A stretch of DNA of 63,308 nt, counting the filler, from Folioceros fuciformis (taxonomy: Eukaryota): assembly GCA_049999805.1 (NCBI GenBank). It is 7 parts of 7 records of this genome, joined end to end, with 100 filler letters (N's around TTAATTAATTAA, not from the genome) between each part and the next. Parts side by side here need not be neighbours in the genome. Positions count along the whole stretch, not along the records: positions 9,219 to 19,475 come from JBNGIO010004139.1; positions 19,576 to 32,463 come from JBNGIO010004140.1; 5 more parts are not named here. One strand, given 5' to 3'. This document shows, in pieces, positions 12,290 to 24,348 of this stretch. Under the pieces are notes generated by a model that did not search any database, was not told the DNA's origin, and saw nothing but the letters and a program-made list of their open reading frames with translations. The position numbers and the translations under genes are program-made. Numbering within the stretch: the stretch's first letter is position 1; each line of letters begins with the position of its first letter.

Positions 12290-12820
12290 AGGGTTTAGAT
12301 GAATTTCGATGTCAGATTAACAGGCAGCGTTACTCAAGGTAATGGCCCACCACCATAGGACATTCCAAATAATAGAGTGAATGTCGCTCAAAAATCTTGC
12401 CTGGACTACAAATACCAGCTACCAACGAAGAGAAGAGTTCAAACGCTATCAAAAATGATGACCAACAGCAACAACCCAGGGCTTATTCCCAGCTCCTCTG
12501 TTCACAGGGATTCTCCCGGACACTGGTGGCATGCATTTGGATAAAAAACAAAACTTCTGGGAAGAAGTTCATGGAAGGAAAAAGCAGCCCCTCAAACCAG
12601 TGTCCCAATCGTGTTTTCTCGTCATTTGGCCTCTCGCGCAAAACTGCCTATATCAAAGGCATGCCAGAAGGACTTTCACAGTGGGCACGCCTGCAAAACA
12701 ACCATCGGTGTAAGCAGGCCGAGACAGACGATGACAACAAGACAGAGGAGTGCCAAGCAAAACATTCAATAGGGTAGAAAGAGTATGGCTTACCAAAAGA
12801 GCTAAATCTCACTGGAAGAA

Positions 12821-13945
12821 TCAGTCGTGCTGCTCTTCTTGAACAGAAGTACCTCCAGTGGTGGGCAGGCCACAGGCGACCTTCCATGCATCATAAATAC
12901 CCCACTGAGCTCCGGTGAGTGTTCCGACCATGATGATTCGAATGGACAAACCTCTGGTGAACAAAGCCTTCATCCCCATGGTATCTATGGCCTGCTTCAC
13001 CGTAGCATTCTTAGCGTTGTTAAGAAACGACACCAGATTGTCAGCAGGATGAGAAACAATAGCGCACGCCACCCCGGCGATGTATCCTCCCAAAAAGCTG
13101 ACACCAAGCTGTTCGCCCTTGGTGCACTGTTCCTTAGGCCGAGGCAGCACATGCTTGTACAGGGCCTCGACGGTGTTCTCAAAAGTGCCGAACTTCATCA
13201 TGGTGTACGGGATCTGGCGACCCCAAAGCGGCACAAGGCCCTTGTAGAGCCCGGCGACCCCCTCGGCCCCCACTATCTTCGGAAGGGCATCACGCAGCCC
13301 CACAGCAAAGCCAGGCTGAGTCTGCAATCTCACCTTCACAGCCTCCAACGGACACAAAGCCACATCTGCGATCACCTCAGCTGATGCCGATCCAGCCAAG
13401 TAGATCAAGGTCTTATAGTTCTTGGCATTTTCAGGCCCCACCAGATCGCTATACTTCTTCTTGAAATACTCGTAGAAGCCGTACTTGAAAGCCCCTTGCG
13501 CGCTGTAGCCGAGCAGAGTAGGAGTGATCCCCTTGAACAGCCCCCTGGCCCCGTTCTCTTGGACCACCACCCGGAATCCAGTGGTAATGCTAGGGTACTT
13601 GGCGTTATCGATTTGCATGTTGCACTTCACGACATCAATAGGGGTGACGGCAGCGTGCGTCAGGCCGCAGCACAACATCCCACCCACGGCGCAGGCCAGG
13701 TAATAATCGGAGGAGTAGAGCTTGATTCCTTCACTCGGCGCCGCCGCAAAAATCCCGCCTGCCATAGCCTTCGCTGCGGGGGCGGAGCTGGCAGATCCAG
13801 CACCCGGGGCCGCCAGGATGCCTCCATAGCTGGGGCTAGAGCCGGCGTGCGCGAGGCGGCCGTAATCCGGCAACAAGGCCAGGCTGTTGGCCTTGTAAAG
13901 GAAATCCGGCAGAATGGAGCTCCCCGACCGTCCCTTCTCCGCCAT
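12821..13945 (-). CDS. MPT: Mitochondrial phosphate carrier (PHT3/MPT), no coding introns
   Basis: CGLTHAAVTPIDVVKCNMQID, GYSAQGAFKYGFYEYFKKKY, ALCPLEAVKVRLQTQPGFA, PLWGRQIPYTMMKF, VSHPADNLVS, MVGTLTGAQWGIYD; probable 5'UTR intron 13955-14075. Confidence 0.96.
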   Translation of the reverse strand: MAEKGRSGSSILPDFLYKANSLALLPDYGRLAHAGSSPSYGGILAAPGAGSASSAPAAKAMAGGIFAAAPSEGIKLYSSDYYLACAVGGMLCCGLTHAAVTPIDVVKCNMQIDNAKYPSITTGFRVVVQENGARGLFKGITPTLLGYSAQGAFKYGFYEYFKKKYSDLVGPENAKNYKTLIYLAGSASAEVIADVALCPLEAVKVRLQTQPGFAVGLRDALPKIVGAEGVAGLYKGLVPLWGRQIPYTMMKFGTFENTVEALYKHVLPRPKEQCTKGEQLGVSFLGGYIAGVACAIVSHPADNLVSFLNNAKNATVKQAIDTMGMKALFTRGLSIRIIMVGTLTGAQWGIYDAWKVACGLPTTGGTSVQEEQHD

Positions 13946-14594
13946 CGCCGCAGCCTGAAGTCCAAGCCCTGCGCGCAGGGCACGAAATGCAAGAAATCGC
14001 ACAAATCACAACACCACAAAGACAGAATTGCGCAAGATGGAGCGCGCTGGAATGAGAGCTCGTAGCTTTGTCTACCTGCGCGGTAGAGGGGTCAGAGGAG
14101 ACTACGGGAACGCGCAGGGCCCAGGTTTCGCCGCCCGACCTGCCCTAATTCCGCGCACACCCCTCGGGCCCGAAGCTTCCGAGCCACTTCCTGCAGCCGA
14201 GGCTGAAGCACGTCGTAAACTCTAAAATTTTCGTTCAACTTGCGTGATGTAAGCATTGTAACGTCTAGCACAAACTTTGTCCGAGGGGAGCTGAGGCTTA
14301 CGAAGCTCGCGAGGCTGCATAAAGTTGCCGAACCAACACGGGCCAGGAAGGGAGCCGGGCCGCAACTCCGGCGAAACCTTCGCGGGGCACTAGGGCAGGT
14401 GCGCTGCCAGTGATCAGGGAAAACGGAATCGGAAGATTCGGACTCAGAGGTGCCTGAGGCCAACACGTGTTTGACGTGACCGTGTTTCAGTATCGGCGAA
14501 TTGGGCACATTCCTGGAGGGCATCGACGACTGCGATTCGGCAATGCAGTGACCGCCCGTCTGAAAGTGTCGACTGATACGCGAGTCGGCGAGGC

Positions 14595-15738
14595 ATGGCT
14601 TTCGGGCGGCAGGAAGGGGACGGGTACGTTCTCACTCCGGAGGAGATGGAAGCCTTCCACAGGGATGGGTATGTGCATCTGAAGGTATGCATGTATGTAT
14701 GTATGTGCCGTTGTAGAGATGCATGCAGTGTGCGGGGTGACTGTCCGGGGGAAGGATGGGGATTGAGCTGCCCTGGTCTTGCTTGATGGCAGGGTGTCTT
14801 ATCTCAGAATGAGGTTGCAGAGCTGGAGGAGGAGTACATGGCTTTCATTAGGCGGGAGGTCCCGGTTGAAGGCAAGGATTTTTGTGACATGTCTGGAGAC
14901 TACTCAAAGCCACTGGAGAGTTACTCCATCATCAATATCATGCTTCCTTCAAGGTGGAGATAACCAGCTCCAGCTCCATCGACTGCAATTTATGCTCCTG
15001 ATTCCGTCCGTGATGGAGATGAGGATGTGGAGCATGCGGAAGGGGCTCTTGATTGTCAGCCTTGTGTGTGTGTTCTGGTTCTTGTGCTAGGTATAACCCT
15101 AAGTTGAAGAACAGTGTTTATGAAAGGCGGGCTGCGTCTATTGCGAAGCAACTGCTCGGTGACGACATGGTACCTGATTATGATCAGCTCCTGGCGAAGC
15201 CGCCGAATAGACCAGACGGAGAATTCAAGTGGTAAGGTTTCATCCTCGCATCAGTTTTAGATAGTATTCGTGTTATCTGTGGTGACTTGAGGTTGTCGTT
15301 CGTTGAGCCAGGCATCAAGATCTAGCTTACTGGCCAGTAACCGAGGACACCAGAACAGCATCCTTCTGGCTTGCCATCGACAATGCCAGGATCCGAAACG
15401 GTTGCATTCGATTCGTACCGGGGACTCATCTAGAGCCAAAGCTGAGGCCACATCTTCCAGCTCATGGTGATCGGGAGAAGTCACATACACTGGCTGTAAC
15501 ACTTTCTGAGGGGGATGAGCCCAGAGCAGCTGAGATAGATCGTGGAGATGTGACTGTCCATCACGAAAGAATCCTACATGGCTCAGCTGGCAACTTGAGC
15601 TCTGACAGTTGGAGGAGAGCCTGGGTAATAGCTTTCAGATCCAAACAGACTGTGGACTTTGAGAGGGGTATAGGCTTTACCCATTCTCATAACGATAGTT
15701 TAGAGGTTCTCAATGCGGTTGGCAAAGAATCTTTTTGA
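14595..15738 (+). CDS. PhyH-family (phytanoyl-CoA dioxygenase-like) Fe(II)/2-oxoglutarate oxygenase, 4 exons
   Basis: Spliced translation: LTPEEMEAFHRDGYVHLK|GVLS...; DQLLAKPP; WHQDLAYWP (HxD); FWLAIDNA...NGCIRFVPGTH; GDVTVHHERILHGS.GN...RRA. All introns GT-AG. Confidence 0.9.
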
Positions 15739-15986
15739 CAGTCGTCTTTGTTAGATTTCTGAGGTTCGTTCTTGCCCATGAAAGTTCTGCAGCAGTAGAG
15801 GGTCACCTATTTGTAATTATCCAACGACATGTGGCGTCTTTTGCCACTGTACCGCACCTTGAGGAGTGATGTAACAGGACTATGCTGAAATAATTGCTTT
15901 TTAAAATAAAATAAGTTTACTTATTAAATAGGTACTCCGTGTAACTAAGTAGGAACAAACCCCCTAAAGTAAGACTTAGTTCTGCA

Positions 15987-16067
15987 CACAAACAGTAGTT
16001 TTTTACATAAATAGTAGTTTTTTACACAAACAGTAGTTTTTTACACAAACAGTAGTTTTTTACACAA
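15987..16067. repeat. 19-bp minisatellite x4
   Basis: acaaacagtagttttttac repeated in tandem. Confidence 0.9.
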
Positions 16068-16723
16068 GACTTATGAATGATAGTCCATCAATCATAAGTG
16101 TCAAAGAAAATGCATTCAACAAGATTTACCACCACCAATTCATCTTCATGAAAGAAGACCACTTAACCTATAGCACACATAGCTCTAAAAGGATAACTTC
16201 TCTTTCTTAGCTTTCCATTCTAAGCATGGTGCACTGGTCTACTAGTGCACTGCGGTGCTTTAATGGTGAACTGTGCCGCAATTTATTGGTCTACCCTCAC
16301 ATAGAAGTCTATGCATATTGGGAGTAGACCAATGCAAACCACACACTATTGATTTTTGTGTGATTAGATTTCGTTTGCCGATTGGTACATCATGTGGCAA
16401 TTCACTTTACTCTTGTCTCTGGAGAAAATCAACTCCTAAGTTTGCAAAGAGTACTCACCACAATATATGCAAATGTAATCACTCTTGGGAATCTTATTAC
16501 TAGTTATATTGAATAGGCGGATTTCCAATCTATGACAATTGGACTCTCCTTGGCCAATGTCTTATAGGCTCCTTCAAACAAGCCTATGTGTCAAGGTGTA
16601 AGTAATGGCGAGAAGAAAGAAACAAGGAAGTTTCAAGAGTCCACTAACCTTGCAAAAGAGCCACTTGCAAACAAGATGGGAGAACCTAACCTAAGATTAC
16701 TTTCTTTGATTGTAGCAAAGAAA

Positions 16724-16932
16724 GATGTCGTGGTGTGCCACAGATATCATACTCATGCATGCACACCACACCACACTATGCACACCTTAATAGATGTCAT
16801 GGTCTACCGCTATCATACTCTTGCATGCACACGACACTATATTGTGCACATCTTAATAGATGTTGTAGTGTGTTGCTAGATATTATATTTATGCATGCAC
16901 ACCACACCACACCACAGTACACACCTTACATA
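16724..16932. repeat. Degenerate ~67-bp tandem repeat x3
   Basis: gatgt..tggt...tatcatactc.tgcatgcacac.acac....tgcacaccttaata recurring three times. Confidence 0.8.
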
Positions 16933-17069
16933 TTGCTATAAAAGTGTAGCATGTGCTTCTCTCAGGCACCTATCTGAAAATCTCTACCATATCCATCCAT
17001 ACATCTCATAACTATAGATTAGCTTATCAAATCCACAACCAAGTACATACACGTCTCATCCCATCTGGC

Positions 17070-17640
17070 ATGTTGTCTTGTTGAGGGGCACCGCATTGCC
17101 ACCCATGATGTAGTTTGAGATGTCATGTTCTTCATGGCGTGGGTTTCTTCAATATAAGGAACGTCCAAATACTTTGCGCAATGAGGTTTCACTTAGAACT
17201 TTTCTTCACTAAGGCGGAACAAGTTTGTGTTGCTGATGCGGTTGTTACGGATTCCTCTAAAGATTTGATAAACGAGCATGTTATCATCAACCTCTTGGTT
17301 TGGTGGTGGAGGGTTGTGGAAGCACCAAAGTCCATAAGTTTTCTCCTCTACACGATAGTTGTGCGTTCATCCCCTTACTTTTGAAACTCATGGGGCTATG
17401 GGCAAGGACTTTTCAAGGTATATCAAAGAGTGTGCCAAAGTTTATCAAAACCGTATAAATGGTCTTTCTCTTTCCGATAATGTGTATTAATTGCTTTGCA
17501 ATGAGCATTGGCCAATGCAGTTTTAAGGATAGCAACAAACGTAGGTTAAGCGGCTTCTTCGGTACAGATGGTAGGTAGACCTTTGGATATGGAGTAGATG
17601 AGACTTTCCATTTCTTTTTCAATAATACAAAATACACATA
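17070..17640 (+). mobile_element. Degenerate 3' end of a non-LTR retrotransposon with restriction-like endonuclease (CRE-like)
   Basis: Colinear nucleotide similarity to 34200-34885; broken frames read GHRIATHDVV*DV, CVADAVVTD, FETHGAMGKDF; same 3' terminus ctttcca.ttctttttcaataata. Confidence 0.75.
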
Positions 17641-17878
17641 CAAGACATACACAGTAAGAGCATACACATTCAAGAGAACTTGCTAAGCTAGGCTTTTATG
17701 CTACTTGATGAAGTATGCTGCAACAACATCAACACATGTAGTTTTATATCTATATTGTTAATTGTATATTAGATTTTTTGATGATCTTAACTAAATAATT
17801 TATTTATATGTATAATTATCCCATTACTTAAATACATTTTCCAAGTATGTTGATTAGAATTCCCTAAAGAGGGTCCTC

Positions 17879-18040
17879 GTAGTTTGTGAAAAGGTCTTCA
17901 AAGAAAGTGTGGTTTGTGAAAAGGGCTTCAAATAAAGTGTGGTTTGTGAAAAGGGCTGCAAAGAAAGTGTGGTTTGTGAAAAGGGCTTCAAAGAAAGTGT
18001 GGTTTGTGACAAGGGCTTCAAAGAAAGTGTGGTTCGTGGA
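17879..18040. repeat. 30-bp minisatellite, ~5.3 copies
   Basis: gtggtttgtgaaaagggcttcaaagaaagt in tandem with single substitutions. Confidence 0.95.
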
Positions 18041-18652
18041 ATTTCGAAACGAGAGTATGGTCCTTAGAGCTTCAAAGGACAGGCCGAAACAATCGGTATA
18101 TTAACCGGTACAAGTATGTCAAGTCCGGGCTGTTGCCTAGGGTACATGTTAACGGTCCGGCATAGAGAAGGTCCTCCGAGCTCGGGTTCAGCGTACCCAG
18201 TTTAAGTTCACTTATCTCCGGGCACGGCCCTGATGCATAAGCTCCTTTTCATGAATCCTGAAACGGTCAGCTGATTCCAATTTCCTTCTCAGAGGACGTT
18301 CCCAAAACACTTGGGTAATTCGAAGATGCTTATCGACAATGCTAAAAACGAAAGACACGTCCAGTAAGGANNNNNNNNNNNNNNNNNNNNNNNNNNNNNN
18401 NNNNNNNNNNNNNNNNNNNNNNNNNNNNNNNNNNNNNNNNNNNNNNNNNNNNNNNNNNNNNNNNNNNNNNCAGTAAGGATGACCATCGCTTAGGCAACTT
18501 GAGAAACGAACGGACGCCAACGTTCACGACTGTCGGTGTCTGCCGACAGATAGCAGGATCAAGCATTGACTTTCCCACGGTCGTCAAATTCCGGACATCG
18601 CCCGAGACACGTAAAATACCAGGGTAGCAAGTATTGTTCAACTGAACACTCC

Positions 18653-19475
18653 TCATTGCTGTGCACACTGGACACGAGGTCCCTGCTCCTCCTCTTCCTC
18701 ATACGCCTCCTGCTGTTGCTGAAGGTGCTTTCTCCTCATTTCTGCCTCGATGTCCACGTCATGAAGGGTAGTCTCCTCACACTCGTCGAGTTCCATGTCT
18801 GACCTCTCACCGCCCGGCCTGGGAGGAAGAATTGCCTCAAGCCGTTTACACTGATCCACTGACAAACTCTCCGGGAATTCCACAGCAAACTGGAGATACA
18901 ACCTGCCCTTCATGAATGGCCTCTGGTACTGGGGCATACCCTCATCATTAATAGCCTTGAATTGTCCTGCACCATCACCATGGGCTAGAGGGGTTAGATA
19001 CGTGAGGAAGGTGAAAAACCAGACTAGAAATTAGGGGGGGGAGGCTAGGGATAGACAAACCTGGCTTGATAACTTCACCAGGCTCAGACTTCACCAGCAA
19101 CTGCCTCCCATCAAGATGAGTGAGAGCGAATTGGAAGCCACAGAGCGCTTCTGTGAGAGAGAGAGAATGCTCAAAAAACAAGTCATCCCCTTTCCTCTTG
19201 AACTTGGGATGCTCCTTCAACTGGAGAACAAATACGATATCTCCTGTTTGTGTGTCAGGCTGCAGAGCAAACAGTGTCCTGTTAGAATGACTGCATCTGC
19301 ACGCAGCAACTCACGGGCCACAACATACTGTGTTCACAGCGACACATCTGAAAACGAACTACTTACAGCTTCGTCAGCTTCTCCCTGGAACGTAATCTTC
19401 TGCCCATGTTGCATTCCCTTTTCAATATGCACCTCAAGCAACTTCTTGTCCTGCACCACCTTCACACCCTTGCAC
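18653..19475 (-). CDS. Type I DnaJ/Hsp40 (J2/J3-like, farnesylated), last three exons; 5' part lost in gap
   Basis: [58 protein letters not shown]...[10 protein letters not shown]...[17 protein letters not shown]...; C-terminal CaaX RVQCAQQ*. Confidence 0.95.
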
Positions 19476-19575
19476 NNNNNNNNNNNNNNNNNNNNNNNNN
19501 NNNNNNNNNNNNNNNNNNNTTAATTAATTAANNNNNNNNNNNNNNNNNNNNNNNNNNNNNNNNNNNNNNNNNNNN

Positions 19576-19709
19576 TCCATCAGGAAGTAGTCGTCATCCC
19601 CGGTCCACTCCGCCCTCTGAGGGGAATCCTCCATCCGCCGCAACCCCTCCTTCCCGGCACACCACTCATCCAAGACAAGCTTGGGCCGCGTGGCCCTGTA
19701 ATCCTGCAT
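19576..19709 (-). CDS. Possible 5' start of an unidentified gene, truncated by linker
   Basis: Acceptor-like ggcag|GGAGG followed by ATG, open to the gap: MQDYRATRPKLVLDEWCAGKEGLRRMEDSPQRAEWTGDDDYFLM. No recognisable domain and not a J-domain. Confidence 0.3.
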
Positions 19710-22700
19710 CCTCCCTGCCCCCGCAGCAGCAACAACAGCAAGAGCAGCAACAATCCCGCACCGCACAAAGAGACCCCGAACCCGGAAAATTGCGCTCTGT
19801 CGCACGCAAGCAGCAGCCCATGCCTCCTGCAACTGCTCCTACGTCGCAGATCCGAGCGGGATGATGGGGGCCGGCCTGGGTCAGAGGATCGGCCAGCCAG
19901 TCCACCGCCCACAGAGGCAAGAAATTGACACCCTTCAAACGGCCCAGCTAAGCCACAGCCCGGGCATCCATCCCACAGCAACCCATCACGCACTGCAAGG
20001 GCCGCAGACTGGAGTGCAGAAAGGGAAGCGGCCCGGCGCCCTACCTACTCCACCGCCCACCACAGGAAGACGCAGATCCCGCCCTCCACTCCGAGGCCTG
20101 CGCCAGCGCAGCGATCATCCGAATCCAAGGCGGGCAGCACGCGAAACCTAAGGGCGGGTCGCTGTGTGAAAGGGATTGGGAGGGAGGGAGCAGCCGCGTT
20201 TCAGAAGAGGAGACGAGGAAAGGGCTCTTGGCTCCCGGAGGTGAGGGGCAGCAAGGCCGGAGAAGAGAGAGGGACGGCGTGGCGNNNNNNNNNNNNNNNN
20301 NNNNNNNNNNNNNNNNNNNNNNNNNNNNNNNNNNNNNNNNNNNNNNNNNNNNNNNNNNNNNNNNNNNNNNNNNNNNNNNNNNNNCGTGCGAGCCGAGCGC
20401 CTCCGTTTCTGGGCTGCTGGTTTCGGTGCTGGTGCTGCCAAGCTGGGCGACTGACCGGGACCCGTGACCCGTTTTAACCCACCAGCATCACACGGGCCGT
20501 TACTCTCCTCCATCTGTCGTCCTTTGTCCTATCTACTTTCGTCTTCCGTTCCCCTCGAAGCCCAAGCACATGCGAACGGTTTCGCATCTTGAAATTCGTC
20601 ACTCACTAGGGACCTCCGATTCCCTGATTTAGCTCCCCTCCTACCCAATTTAGGCAAAGAGTGTAGTGCACCTCCCCCCGCCTTCGATGCTTCTTAGACT
20701 TGGGCCTGTTTTACACTCCACACTCACCGAACGGTCTAGGACAGGGATCCTTGGCATCTCTCACCGATAGCATGCCATGTCGTTTTCTTCCATTTTTTTT
20801 CTTCTTCTTGTGCTCCTTGTTGTTGTGTCTCCACTCGCACACACGACTTTGTCGTCCGCCTTTCCACTCCTGCTATTATAATCCACATCCTCCATGAGTC
20901 CATAGCCCAGCACAACATGTATGTGCATGTGTACGTAGACAAAGCTCGCGGCCACCCGTGCGGCCACGTCTGGAGTTGCGGGCCACAACTTGCAACTGGG
21001 GAGAATGGGGACGGGAGAGCTGGGGGTGTGGAATTGGAACGGAATTTGAGGTTCGAAGCGTATTTTGTATGGAAAATGGAGTTGCGAGAGCCAGAGTCTG
21101 TGAGACTGGAGGGGACGCATGGATCATGCGCAATGATTATCCTGGGGTGCCTGCCACCGAACATGGGCCTGGGGACCATTCTCCCTTTTGCGCCCACTTC
21201 GGGCCGCTTGGATATGTTACTCTATGCTGCACTGCACCGCCGCCCACCTTTTCCATCCCTTGAAGACCTGGATATTGTATTCTATGCGCCATCTGGTGCA
21301 TGCCTGGTGGTGGGAAGGAAGGGCCCTAGCCCAGGGCACGAAGGGTTTTCACACACACCTACTGCATGTGACCAACAAAGTTGGACCAAGGCCACAGAAG
21401 GTGAGAGTGACAAAAGGATCAAGCATCACCCTTTCCCTTTTCCTTTTCCTTTTCCTTCTCCTTTCCTTGTCCTGCGAGTGTGCATGTGTACAAGATTGTA
21501 ACACCTTGAAGCACGTCACGACAGAAGTGCATTTCAGTGAAGAACATGCGAAGTATGAAGGCTCCCTGACAGCAGCTGAGGTGATGGGATTGGGTTGGTG
21601 AGGTGGAAGGTGGGGGGCACTGTGGGAAAGTGGGTATTGGCCAAGAGGCCTTGAACCTGGACGTGAGAGGCGTGAAAGCTTCTCGCCGTGCAATATCTGG
21701 CTTTTATCCCGGCCCAGCGGTGATTACGTAGGGATATCGTTCAGTTCAGTTGCACAGGCGTGAAATCTGAATGTGGAGTGTAACAGATTGTACAGGAAGA
21801 TGACGTTCGCGGCAGGGATGGGGGCCACGCGTCGACACTGGCGCGCAGAGGCCGCTGGATCCCTTTGGACAATGTAGTCAGAGTAAACAGTTTAGGGTTG
21901 CCAGAGAGCCGGCATAAAACATTCTAGGGCCCGGGGCCCCGGCCGGATGCACCTAACCGCGGTCCGCGGTATCGGCTTACAGTCCGACCAGATACTCGGA
22001 ACAGGCACGGGAGGTGGAGCTGGAGGTGGAGCTGGCGCTGGGGCGGGAGCGAGAGCGGGAGCCGGATCCGGAGCCGCGGCAGGAGCAGGGACAGGTACGT
22101 CCTGGGGCAACGGGTCTCGGCAGGCGCGTGTCACACGAGCCTCCGCTAATGCATGCACGGATTGCCATGACTGCCGCTGCCAGCGCCAGCGAGAAGTGGA
22201 TGACGGGCGGAATGGCGGGCCGCGGACCGGGAACTGGAGAAGAGGTGACATGACGTGACATAGAAAAGTGCAGTGCACTTTAGGGTTACCAGACTCACGA
22301 GCCTGGAAACGGTGGCCGCCCTACTGAGATGTGTTGATGGCGAGCGGGCCAGGTGAAGTGGTACGAGAGCGGATAGGTGAGGACTCAGGAGCATTTCATG
22401 ACCTGGTGCAGTGTCCTTGTCGTGTTATGGCGCCATCAGGTAGCCAGGCTTGGCAAGTTGGCGTTCGGCACGATCGGTTGCAGACTGCAGGCCTCCAGCA
22501 CTGACACAACATTGGGAGGAAGGCCCTCATTGATGAAGCCCTCCCCGTGCCGCTGGTTATGCAAGATGTTGATCCGGCTGCAGGCTGCAGCTGTATGGAG
22601 AAATGTACCTCGCACCTCTGTGTGATGTGCGCTGTTGCGCATCCAGCTGGTGGCCGCCTGACAGTCAATGAGTAGGTTACGGGAAGGAAGGCATATGCAT

Positions 22701-24348
22701 AATAAATGTGCATTGCACAGTGCATACGGCACGGACAGTACATCCATGATCCGACCCCGGAGCCGGGCCCTTTCCTTCTCTCTCACACGCAGCCTGCTGG
22801 TGCCTGGAGCCTGGAGCAGAAGTGTGTCCCAGTGCACTGAATTGGACTCTGGCATAAGCATCTGGCAGACCCCGGAGCGGCCGCACCAGCGGCACCGCCA
22901 CGTGTGGAGAGCATGGCGAGGGCCCCGGGGGCTTCACCTGCCAATCAGCTTCCAATCACAAGCAATCACGGACTTGATGCAACTCCGTGCCCGCGGTCTG
23001 ACGCGCTGATTGGAGAGCAGCCCGAATCGGGTGCCTTTGCCTCAAAACGAAATCGGATTCATCACCTTTTTTCCTCCATGAGCTACGGCACTGCCCAGGT
23101 CCAGGCCCTGGCCTTGGCCCTTGCCCGTGCCAAGGTAACGTTTGACTACTTCCCACCCCTTGCTGCCCTCATCAAGCCATGGGAGACTTAACAGTCATCC
23201 CTTCTCTTCTTGTACCACGGCTTCGCTTACTAAGTGTGACACCACGCAGATGGCGGTGACGTGCGTGGCCGGGATTCCCTGGAGCTTCTTAATTCTTGAG
23301 CGCGAAACAGTCCAAGACCTTGTACTCCATCCAGAATTAGGAGTAGCACAATGGTGTCCACAGGCAAAGCAACCATGCGACATGCATAGCTAGATTTGTA
23401 GGCGATGGAGGAGGGCTCATTAGATACTACAAATACGCGACTTCACAGAGCAAATGGAGTTCACAGAAAATTCCCTGTGCTGAGCATCTCTCTGGAACCG
23501 AGACACATGCTTTCATGGCGGATTATTAACGGATCCTCCACATGAGTCTACAGCGCCAAGTCCCTTTTGAGAGCACAGTATTCAAAACCTTGGCAAAGCT
23601 TCGTGCTTAGATCTCGTGAGCCGCGTGCCCGGCCTAGGCTGAATGCACATGACACACATGTGATAGGGATCCTTTCCCCTTTCCCGAGGGGGAGCGAAAA
23701 GATGAGGGGAAAAGGACCTTTGCGGTACTCTTGCCAGGCCCAAGAACGATTGAAAACACTTGTAGCAACAATTGCAGACTGTATGACACACTGTGTGCAG
23801 TTATTCCGTCGCCCGAAGATCCTCACAGTCAGGTTCTTTCCGTGGACAGGCACCGACGCCGACGACGTAGCCAAGCTATAAAATGCACAGCAGGCAGCAA
23901 AGGCAGCCCGAGGGGAAAAAGTCGTGTAATCTGCGGGGCGGAGGAAAGAACATTCCCATTGTACATGCTCAGGTCTTTGCCACGCCCCAAGATATGTACA
24001 CGCATAAATAGCTTCTATAAACAATTCTGCCAATGATGGTATGTATATCACTGCGAAGGCAAAATCTCGGGAACCATCTACAGTACAACAGAGCGGGGTG
24101 TTGCTGTGTACCCATACATTAAGTCAGGCTAACCCAAACCTGAAAGTCCATCCAGCTGGGCCGCCTCTCCAGGCTGCAGTGACTAGATGTAGCATGTCCC
24201 ATACAAAAGATTGAAGTACGAGACTAGCTGGACAAAGCTCACCTGTACATTTTCGCTCCAGTTCATCAGCTAGCTATGTCATTTTGCTGGGAATGGAAGC
24301 CTTGCAAACGAGGATCAGTCAAAAGTCCTCTCCGGAACACCCAGTCAG

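Noticed and set aside
17886-18104. ORF with KRASKKVWFV repeats
   Set aside because: Translation of a 30-bp minisatellite with a non-ATG start; no other coding evidence.
22441-22472. Partial similarity to miR169*
   Set aside because: No matching guide arm or hairpin nearby; probably chance.
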